From: Paraspadella gotoi
Lineage: Eukaryota; Animalia; Chaetognatha
Direction: 5' to 3'
NCBI GenBank assembly: GCA_051294375.1
Contig: CM119266.1
Location: forward strand, 21,279,987 to 21,343,986
Length of the DNA stretch: 64,000 nucleotides
The notes below the pieces were generated by a model. It did not search any database and was not told the origin of the DNA. It worked only from the letters and a program-made list of their open reading frames with translations. The translations under genes and the position numbers were made by a program. Within the stretch, counting starts at the first letter, position 1. Each line of letters opens with the position of its first letter. Shown here piece after piece: positions 53,001-64,000 of the stretch.

Positions 53001-56000
53001 TGTACATTTTGTCAATGGTTTTTTTGCTTCGATGATCCAACCTCGTTCCGGTAAAGTTTTCCAAAACGCCTTGCTGGAGGTTTACCTTCATGGGGGGGGG
53101 GGGGGGGGGGGGGGGGGCGGGAGCGGAGGGCGGGCGGCGGCGGGGGGGGGGCACTGGGGGGGTGGTTCTGGCCATTTCTCGTCCTTTCGGCATGTATGGG
53201 TAAAGGTGGTTTGTTCATCGATGTTTCCCTGTTCCGTCGTGCGTCGTCGTCGTTTTCGTCGTTCGCGCGAGCCATCTTCGCCGCCTTTTTTAAGCCTCCG
53301 TCAGAATAGTACGTTCTCGTTAGTACTCTCGATTCCTAAGGTGTTGGTAATGGTCTGTTTGTCCATTGGACGGTCGAATTCGTCGCTCAGGTCTTTTCCT
53401 TTGTGATGCATGGTGTTTGCACTACCAACACAGAAGCTGATTTGGATGAGGGCCTGGGTTGGTGACTGCAAGGTTCCGGATGATTACTGTCTTGGATCGT
53501 TTTCGTACGGCTGAGCACTAAAATAACTGTTTTCAGAACACCGTTTTGGAACAATTAATCCTGAGGTATTATCCATTTCCCGTCAAAAAGTGATACGGTC
53601 CGGTGGCCCGTTTTGATAAGCGCAGAGGGCTCCGTGGTTAGACCATGCCTTGTCAGTCCCCATTCTTCAAAATCGACTTTTCTTGGTACCTCACTATCAG
53701 TGTGGTGGATGCGAGGCGCCCGTATCGTATAGTCAGGCTGGCGGGATGCTACAGCGATTAACTGGCTCGGAGAATGTAGCTGTTCTACCTGTTGGAACAG
53801 GCCAAGGTCTGATAGTCATCCACACTAGGAGTCTTAAGGATCCAGAGTCCCAATTCTGCACCGTGTTGGTTATTCTTTTCCGGGCAGTGCCGGAGCATGT
53901 CCATATTCACATCTCGGTGAGTTTCCTGGCATTTCGCTTTTTTACCAAGAGAGGGAACAATCTCCGGGGTTGGTGAACATTCAATTTCTATTGCCGTCGT
54001 GATCGTTGCTGGTGAGAGATTCCCATGCAGCCTGTTTGTGTCGCCGGCTATTAATGCTATTGGTAGGAATTGTTTTTGGCTACCGGCTGTCGTAATTTCC
54101 TTAGGCCAATCCTCTCACTACTGTTTGTGCCGGGTTCGGCTGTTCTTTTGTTTTGCTGGGGCGGTGTGGGTAGTGCGATGGGAGAGTAATTCGAGAGAAC
54201 TGACTGACTGGTCGAGTTGGTCGATCGTCATTTTGACTCTGATGTGACTTCGAGCCACGATGGAGGTGCAGAGTGTCGAAGATTTGGTACAAGTTTGGCT
54301 GACTCGTGTGTTCGGTCGATTGACGGATCGGACTTCGTTTGGTTTGAATTGGTTGGTTGATTTAAAACTGATTGGTGAACATGCGTCATATAGCTTTTGG
54401 CTCTCCTCATTAAATTGGCACAAGCTTTCGATCTCGAAATGAATGGCTTTTTTTTTGCTCTGATGTGTTCTTGTGAAGCGGTTCCAATTCTTGCCTCTCA
54501 TTTCTTGTGTAGAAACTTGTTTGCGAGGGCTTAAGTTCTGTTGGCTTTGTCCAGTAGGTTTTTTATATTGTTTATCACCAAATTCGGTGCGCTGGTGATT
54601 TCCCTCTTAAGGCCTAATTTCGCACAAGTAGGTAATGTAGAACGGCTTTTAACTGGTTTTACCCTGTAGGTGAGGCTTCGAATTTTCTAGTTTATTTATC
54701 GACATTTATTTATCTCCAGTTCTTTGTAAGGAAAATCTTTTTAGCGTTGTTGTTGTTACATTTATTTATTTTTGATATCTCGTTTTCGGACTTTTGCTGA
54801 GCTTGAGATTTATCGACAGGGTTTGTATATTAGAATTCGTTTATGTTATACAATTATCTAAAAGCATGGGTTGAGCTCTATCCATATTTCTCTTCCTTTT
54901 CGCCCACGAAACTTTTTGTTTTCTGTTCGCACACCCTTTCTAATCGTCACATAACCTAACTTGGCTTTTGTCATTTTTTCCAATTACGCGGTTTTTGAAC
55001 GATTTTCCTCTCCTGTAATCGCCTGTGGGACTCGCAGTCGATTCTTGTGATCGAAAAGCGATCCTCATCCACTTGGCGATCCTTCTCGGGCGATACGATT
55101 GGGCGTCCGCTTCGTCCAGCCCTCCTTCTTGGCGATCCTTTCATTATCTTATCGGCTCATGTTATTCTAGCCTCCTCTTAGTAACATGTTGAGTCGTTGT
55201 TATATGTAGTATGGCCAAGGCGCATAGCCTTCGGGTTCCTATCGTTCAGTCTGTCCCTTTTTGCTCGCAAGGGCGTTTGTACTAACTTATTCTCTGTCGT
55301 CCTCGGAGACAGTTTTTACAGATCTTCTCCATGACGGATGGCCTGGACGTGTTAGTATTTTTCTTGAGGTACCCCTCTAATTTATCATTCTATCGCCTTT
55401 CCAAGGCCGACGGGTTTCACCGTGTTTCGACGCAGTGAATGTCGTGCCTATCAGAATTTACTGACGTCGATGTCACCGGACACGATAAGGCTTTCGTAAG
55501 GGCTTCTACGAGCATTTGGGCGACGTAAGTCAGGGATGGAAGCCTGATCCTTTTTCCCTGACGGTTTCAAAATTTTTCGCTTTGCAGCGTATAATGAGAG
55601 CTAGCCCGTAAATTTGGGCGTGAAATAAGCCCGATCTAACCATCGATCTTCGCTATCAGGTCGAGGGCTTCGGCGATGCTTTATGGTGGAGCCCTCGCAC
55701 GAACGCCTACAAGGCCTGAAGCCAACATAGTTTTGATTTATGGGCTCGCATCGTACCGGCTGGCGATCGCTTGTACCGCCCTAGCGAGGCGGGCCAGCGC
55801 TAACTGTGTTGGTCTCAAACCTATGTGCTGTTGTGTCGGAGGGAGTTCCTTGAAGGCCATCGTTATAAAAGCTTCTCGAGAGAAAGTCGGCTGGGGATCG
55901 GAGTCGGTGTCTTAATCTTTTCCAGTTCGATGGGTTCTGTCTCTCGGGAACAGAGGGTGTACGAGGCTGGGTCGCCCTCTCTCCCGCTCTCCAGATGGTG

Positions 56001-57513
56001 TTCATCTCGAAGGATTTCTGATCAAGTTTTCCAACTCGATGGTTGTCGGAATCTAGAAGGAGTTACAACTGGGGTTGGTCCTGGACGAGTTGTTTGCTGA
56101 GGTTGTGATATTATTAGTATTCCCCGAAGGAAGCTGTGGTAGATGTCGTTGATGTCCGTTGGTTGTTGTTGTTGCTAAGAACGTTTCCCGGGTTGAGTCG
56201 CCGCGTTGGTTTGTTGTTGTTGCTACCTGGGTCAATCATCTCGCTTTCATCATTCCCACGGAGAGTGCGTCATTTTGTTCCCAAGTTGCTATATACCATG
56301 TCATTTTACGCGGCCACTTTAGAGGACGGCGATTTCTTGTCTGTTGTGCAGATTGACGTCGTTGATCTATCTTGAGCACTTGGAGGGTAACCTCTGCTTG
56401 CTCGTTGCCCAATTGGCAGTGTTGCTGCATGAGTAACACTGAGTTCGAAGGTAATGTGAAACTCGAGGTCTTGTGCTTGTTATAGTGCTCTGCTAACCAT
56501 GTTTTTGCTCCATGAGCGGTCGCTTCGTGGTCCGGTTCGTCCAGGCTTTTTTTTCCAATCTGCCTTGGCGGGTTCGCGCGATTGGGTGGCGGGGTTTGCC
56601 GTCCAGCTTACACTAAGGTGGCGTGGTTCTTGATAGTGGCTGGTAAAGCTGGGTTCCTTCTTGCGTGGAGACGTGGTGAGTCGAATCCACTCCTGGTCAC
56701 CACAAATAAGTAAGCAGCAGGGATTTCTAGGCGAAACCAAAAGTGGATTTTATTTCTTCAAGAAAATCAGACGTTAATACACGGTGGTCAATTTTTTGGG
56801 GCAGAGTGAATCAATACGTTTCTGGGTTGCTCTTTTATATCGTTCATCGATAGAGGCATGGGTAAATTTACAGGGCGGAAAGAAGCCATGTGGCTCATTG
56901 GCCGGTGCCATTTGTTTCTTGCAACTGAAAATGTTCCATTCTTGTCTTGGCTGGCTTTTTCTGGCTTCGCGTCGTTTGAGCCCGATTTACCGATTCTATA
57001 CATTTCTTAGATTCTTCTGACGATGGAAGTCAAAGAAAAATATTATTGGAAGTTAAACAAATGAGTAAGTGGCGTCGTTAACTGAGTATTTGTCAAAGGC
57101 TATATATATTTTGTTCATAGGGATTATAGTTTATTTGTTCTGAAAATGTGTAACTAAAAAAATTGTCTTATAAAGCTGGCTTCTTTATTGCTTCTCTTTC
57201 TCATCTATCTTCTCATATCACTCTCGGAGAAACTATGACGAAATCTCTCTCTTCTCTCTCTCTCTCTCTCTCCTTTTTTTTGTCCTCATAAAATCTTTCT
57301 ATTTAATCTCCGCCATTTTATTACCGTCGCTTTCTTTTTTCTCAATACAAAATCCAAATTTACTCTGCGAGATTTCTTCGTGATTTTTTTCCCTAAATTC
57401 TGATTATTCTTTTATTATCATACGAGGAGAGACCTAATAATGCGTTTCGTTGGCGGGAGAACTGTCCAGCCTCTCTCTCTCTCTCTCTCTTCTCTCTCTT
57501 CTCTCTCTGCTCT

Positions 57514-57545
<32 letters not shown>

Positions 57546-59554
57546 CTTTCACTCATACACGCATTTGTTTGTTTTATTTACGATGAATGATTCATCGCGT
57601 CAATGAATTACTATCATCGCATCAATGACATGACTCATCATCAGTATCAATGAATGATTATCATCATATCAATGAATGACTATCATCGCATCCATCATTT
57701 GATTATCATCACATCAGTCATTTTGTTTATCATCGCATGCAATTATTGGTTATCATCGCGTCAATATTTGGTTATATCGCATCAATATTTGGTTATCATC
57801 GCATAAATATTTGGTTATCATGAAAAAGAAGGCTCGATCCTATTGCTTTTAAGATTTTTTTTCTCTAGATTTTTATCTAAATATTTTTAAAAATAATTTT
57901 AGGTCGGATCTGCTTATCAGCAGATCCCGACTCTATAATTCACTTGTCGGTCGTCGTGTGTGATTTGAGCTGGATATAAAAGTTTCGGATGGAATCGTCC
58001 GAGTGGAAATGAGTTTAAATGGAAAAAACAAAACCTGTATCACTAATTGACTTATGCTTCTTTTCCTTTTATATTAAATGGTATATTCAGGATGTATGAA
58101 TAAATCAAATATAATCAGTTAATTAATCAATAGTCAATTAATTAATCAATAATTTTCATGTAAATCAGCTAGATATAAAGTTTTGACCGAATTGTGCCAG
58201 TGGAAATGAGTTTAAATGGAAAAACATAGAGTCACATGATTCTTTGATGATTTATGATTACAATAATGTTTTAATAATTTAATTAATCTAACTTGGAAAA
58301 ATGTTGCAATTTAAAAAAATGATGCAAGTTGAAAAAATGATGCAAGTGAAAAAAATGATGCAAGTTGAAAAAATGATGCAAGTGAAAAAATGATGCAAGT
58401 TGAAAAAATGATGCAAGTTGGAATAAAATGATGCAAGTTGAAAAAATGATGCAACGTTGAAAAAAGATGCAAGTTGAAAAAAATGATGCAAGTTGAAAAA
58501 ATGATGCAAGTTGAAAAAATGATGCAAGTGAAAAAATGATGCCAGTTGAAAAAATGATGGCAAGTTGAAAAAATGATGCAATGTTGAAAAAATGATGCAA
58601 GTTGAAAAAATGATGCAAGTTTGAAAAATGATGCAGTTGAAAAAAATGATGCCAAGTTGAAAAAAAATGATGCAAGTTGAAAAAATGATGCAAGTTAAAA
58701 AAATTAAAAGCATTAGGATCGTCGGCAATTGCATAATTCGAGAGAGAGATGAGAGAGAGAGAGAGAGAGAAATAAAAAGGTAATTCAAAGCTTGAAATAT
58801 TACAATAGCAAAATGATAACATGCACGAATGCGATGCATAATTTACGATTCAATCCTAATTCAATTTTTTTTAACAAAAACGCAGAGAGAGAGACGAGAG
58901 AGAGAGATCGTTTTCGGACGAATCAGCAGCTGCAGCAGCAGAGGCAGCCAGAAAAAAAGAAAGAAATCAAATGCAGCACAGAAGCAGCAGGAGAAAGAGA
59001 GAAAAAGAAAGAGCCCCTGCAGAGCCTTTCTGCAGACATCGTTTTTTTCCCCGATGATCAGCCTGGGGAAAAGAGAGAGTAGGATAGCTACAATAATTAA
59101 AAGAGAAAAATCAGTTAATTAATCAATAAAAATTAATCAGTCAATTTATCCATCAATTAATTATTCAATCAATCAATTTATTATCTATTAATTTAATTAT
59201 TCAATCAATCAATTTATTTTATCTATTATTTAATTATTCAATCAATCAATCAAGTCAATCATCATCGCATTATTCTCATCGTCGTCATTGCTCTTTGTCA
59301 TGGTTAGTGACGAAAATACCTAAAACAAACATTCGAAATCAATATAATTAACTAATTGCCTAATTAATTGCCTCATCGAGTGAGATGGGGGCATTGCCTG
59401 GAATTTTGTATGTGGGTAGGAAAGTGGTGTGATTGAACAGGAAAACAAGTTTCGATGAAATTGTTTGAGTGGAAATCGAGTGTTAAATGGAAAAAACAAA
59501 AAAACCTGTTCACTAATTGATTACTGCTCNNNNNNNNNNNNNNNNNNNNNNNNN
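50080..59554. repeat. Apparently identical second copy of 34921-44395, including the Gypsy element (50100-57083, minus strand) and the terminal 25-N gap
   Basis: ORFs in the track recur with identical translations at a constant offset of 15159 up to the gap, and the N gap recurs at the same offset. Confidence 0.97.
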
Positions 59555-59594
<40 letters not shown>

Positions 59595-59607
59595 GAGGAG
59601 AGAGAGC

Positions 59608-59700
<93 letters not shown>

Positions 59701-59812
59701 TCCTCTTTTAGTAAAAAATGTCTTAAGTTGGAACAAGAGTCCGGAAGGCCTAAAGTTTGTTCTAAAAAAAGTATAACTTTACATCATTCGAAATTCTCTC
59801 TTCACTCTCTCT

Positions 59813-59887
<75 letters not shown>

Positions 59888-62689
59888 CTCTGCTCTCTCT
59901 CTCTCTCTATCTCTCCTCTCTTTTTCTCTCCTTTTTTCTCCGAAAAAGAAAATTGACGATGATTATTGCCAAGTTGAATTATCGTTGCTATATTTTTCTC
60001 CCACAGCGCCCCGCCCTCGTCGTCATGGAAGTCGTCGTTTTCGTCGTCGTTTTTGTCGTCGTCGTCGTCGTAGACGTCCTCGGCGTTTTCGTCGTCGTCG
60101 TACACAAAGTCTTTCACTTCAGTGGAAACAAAAAGCAAAATGTGGAAACAAAAGCGCAGCGCGATGCACTTCATTGAGCCAAGCGAAAACTTTCCGAGTT
60201 TATATTCTTTTTTTTTTCAAAGTATAGTTTGAATGAATTTTATATTTATTTAATTCGTTATAATATTTTAATTCTCTCATTGAAAGAACTTGCGACAAAA
60301 TTAGCCCAGTTGTTATGTAAATTGTTTCAATGATATTCGCAAAATCGAAAACTGTATCACAACTCACATTAATACTTCACTGCCGCTGTAAGAAATTCCG
60401 AGGTTTCGAACTCCCTCCGATATCGTTAGTTTTTTTTTGTTTTTTTTTTCGTGAAATACTCCGCTTGACTTTAACGATTCGAAGCTGAGATTAGTTTTTG
60501 CTGAAAGAATAAGAAACGAAGACAAAAAAGAAACTATGACGAAAANNNNNNNNNNNNNNNNNNNNNNNNNNNNNNNNNNNNNNNNNNNNNNNNNNNNNNN
60601 NNNNNNNNNNNNNNNNNNNNNNNNNNNNNNNNNNNNNNNNNNNNNNNNNNNNNNNNNNNNNNNNNNNNNNNNNNNNNNNNNNNNNNNNNNNNNNNNNNNN
60701 NNNNNNNNNNNNNNNNNNNNNNNNNNNNNNNNNNTCATTAACTCCCTCTCCCTCCGTCAGTTTGTCCGTTTGCACCACCAGAGGCGCCGTCGTCGGATTG
60801 TAATATTCGGTGTCGTCATCTTCTCTCTTCATTTCGCCCTTGATTCGTCTCATCTTCCTCATCTCTTCTCCTCTACTCATCTTCTCATTCTCGTCCTCTT
60901 TTCTTCCTCCTCTTCTTCTAACCGATACATCATCCTCTCACCTTGACTCTTTGTCATTCTGTCACCTCAGTTTCCATGGCCTATCAACTCTAAAGTTTAG
61001 TTATTTTTATAAATATTTTAAGCTGCTCTAAGGCATTTCTTCTATGAAGCGCCTATAGGCAAAAACAAATTTGACATATACTCAAATCTGGTTGAACCAA
61101 AAAATTCCGATCCCTTTCAAGACTTTTACAACTTCAAAAATAAAACTATGTCTTAAAAACTTATCAAGAAAAATATAGGTATAGTATAGGTAATAAAGAA
61201 TAATATTGAAAAGTTACCATACATACACGGCTATTATCATATTAACATTTTAATTTACCTCGCCATCCTAAATTCCACCGCGCTAAAACTCATCCCAACC
61301 TTCGATCCTTTCTCACCCAATCCGCTCTCCACCCAGCACCCCCGCTCGGCCCCCTTCCATCGCCCTCTCGCCACCCCTTCCACTCTACTCCACTTCCCTC
61401 CACCCCTCACCCTCCGCTTGCTATGGTGTATTATATGAGAAGAAAACGCGAGGGCGCGGGAATCAGAGGGCCGATTGCACGGAGGCGGCATTTATCTTTC
61501 CCGCTCAACTTCCACAATCCGGCGCCAGGTGTCGCAATCTACCGGTAACAGCGAAAAACTCTCTCTCTCTCTCCCTCTCCTCCTCTCTCATCTTCTCTCC
61601 TTCTCTCTCTCTCATCTCTCTCTCTACTGCTCTCTCTCCTCTCTCTCTCTCATCTAACTGAGAGACACACTACAAACGCAAGCACTATCACATACTCCAC
61701 GTTCGCTCACGTCAGAAAAAAAAAAAGAAGAAACAGCGAAGAACAAACTGAATCTTCTCACCCTTTCCGACGCTAACCCTACCCCCCGGCACCGCCTTCC
61801 CTCCCCCTCTTCCTTCTCCTCCCTCTTCCTCTCCCCCCTCTTTTCCGATTCTCCGCCAAGCGGTTTTTTTTTTTCGCCGTCGTTTTTCCTCGTCTTCGCT
61901 ATTCCGCGGACCCCTGCAATGTTGCAATCTATCCTTTCCAAAATGAAGGTCCACCAGGTTGACACTTTGGCACAACCTAAAACCCATCAATTATGAGGAA
62001 GATCCTCTGGCGGGCGGGCGGCGTGCGGCGGTCGGCGGCGGAGAGCGGCAGCGGGTGCGGCGGCCGATCCTAGCGAAAGCCGGAGTCCGCCGCCAAAAAA
62101 GATGTTCTTCTTTTTTCCTTATTTTATTTTGGCAAGGAAAAAAAATGAGATGTTTTTTTTGGGGGGGAATTTTCGCATTTTTTTAGAATATTGAAATTAA
62201 CAAAAATTACATGATAAGTTAAATTGAATACAACCAATATTAAAATTATCTATGCTTGCGCCCTGACTTGAGCTATAGAGGTTTAAGGCCTCCATTATAA
62301 CTTGGCAAGTTAATAAATGAATAATTAAAACGTTTTGAATAGTATTATATATAAGTCAAGATCAATCGAGTATTCTCTTTTCCGCCAAGAACGACAAAAA
62401 GTTATAGGTGATTAGAAAATATTTCCAATACAATTTAATACTTTCGTAACATTTAAATTGAAAAAACAACTTATGGCAATAGTAATCCATCATTGCTCTC
62501 GTTCTCCGTTCTCCCTCGTCTGCCTCGACGATGATAATACCTGTCTATTTCCCATCTCAATTCTACTTTTTCCCTGATATACTCCTCCTCGATCTTCTTC
62601 CTCCATCGCCCAGCGTTTCGCATTCAACTCTACGTTGTTCCCCATCTCATCTTCCGCCACTTTCCCCAGTTCATTTATCTCCTTTTGCG

Positions 62690-63530
62690 CGATCCATCTC
62701 TCACCTTCTTTCCAACCATCTCCCATCCTCTTTACCCATCTCAACTCTTCCACTCATTTCTTCCACATTCTCAACTCTTCCACGCCTTCTGTTCCCATCT
62801 CAATCTAAACTGCCACTTCTTCCCACGCTTAACCTTTACCCATCCAGCTCTTCCTCTTCCCATCTCAACTCATCGCCACCTTCTTTCCCCATCTCAACTT
62901 CCCACCTTCTTCCCATTCTCAACTCTTCCCAACCTTCTTCATTCAACCACTCTACCCAATCATCCCTTACCCATCATCAAACTCTCCTCTATTCCATCTC
63001 AACGCTTGCCCACCACTTCTTTCCCATCTCCATCTCTTCCCACTTCTTTGCCATCTTCATTCCTTCCCACCGTTTTCCCAACTCACTCTTCCCACCTTCT
63101 TATCCCATTCTTCACTCTTCCCACATTCTCCCATACCTCAACTCTCCGCCACCTTCCCATCTCAACTCTCATCCCCCTTTCTTTCCGCATCTCAAACTTC
63201 CACCTTCCTTTCCATCTCAACTTGCTCCAATCTATTTCCTCCATTCTCACCTCCCACCTTCTTTCCCATCTCAGACTCTTCGCCACCTATCATTTCCCAT
63301 CTCATCGTTCCCACCTTCAATTTCCCATCTCAATGCTCTTCCACCCTTCTTTCCCATCTTCAACTATCGTCCTTGCCCACTCCTCCCACCTTCTTTCCCA
63401 TCTCAACTCTTCCACCCTTCTTCCGGCAATCTTCAACTCTTCCATCATTCCTTCCCATCTCCAACTGCTTCACACCTTCTTTCCCATACCTAAACGTCAT
63501 TCGCCACCTTCTTTCCACATCTCAAATGAT
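62690..63530. repeat. Degenerate pyrimidine-rich minisatellite, unit of about 27 bp CCCATCTCAACTCTTCCCACCTTCTTT
   Basis: Recurring CCCATCTCAACT and CCACCTTCTTT with many indels. Confidence 0.85.
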
Positions 63531-64000
63531 AACGGCTCCCGCCAGACCGTTCTTTTCATTTCTTCCCACGCCACATTCTCATCACAAGACGACAAGTGAG
63601 TCATGTTGGTGTGCAGATGTGCCCACCGGGTGTACTTTAGTCGACCCATCCTCAAATGCTAGGTGGTGCCCAACCACCAACCGAAAATTGAAAGTATTGG
63701 GGTATTTCAACAGAGGTGGGAAAGCAGTGAGATGCGCAAAAAGAGAACATACTTGCCGGCACTGGCCGTTCTATTCCATTCAATGTCATTTGCTTTACTT
63801 GATTTCTTGTGAATTTGCAAGTGGACTCGAGGATCCGTTGAGATGGGAGAAGGTGGTGAATACTCGTTCTTTGACCCCGATCTACTGGCGTAAACTGAAA
63901 GGTGTGTGATCTGATGTTTTTTTCTGTCTATCCTGTGTGTTTTATATTAGAATTATTGTGTCTTTCGTGTGCTAGTATGTTTGTCTTCATGTACCATTTG

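Noticed and set aside
62531-63599. 320-aa and 304-aa ORFs
   Set aside because: They are translations of a pyrimidine-rich minisatellite that is open in several frames.

Overview
Eukaryotic (animal) scaffold sequence: AT-rich, dense in (GA/CT)n and (GAC)n microsatellites, with eight N-gaps. Almost all ORFs in the supplied track are low-complexity artefacts. The one well-supported host gene is missing from that track. It is a 5-exon minus-strand gene (29083-27538) for a 183-aa secreted protein: signal peptide, EGF, EGF, kringle, and no protease domain. A 614-bp foldback hAT-type MITE with an 8-bp target-site duplication is inserted at its stop codon. A frameshifted Ty3/Gypsy LTR retrotransposon (PBS, gag-like region, protease, RT, RNase H) lies on the minus strand at about 34941-41924 and is repeated at an offset of +15159 with no difference that I could see. 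Helentron/DINE-1-like repeats and several minisatellites are also present. Much of the large-scale structure looks like long-read gap-filling or haplotype artefact: 25-N gaps, two noisy inverted copies of nearby sequence, a two-haplotype tandem block and an apparently identical 9.45-kb block. All alignments and translations were done by eye.
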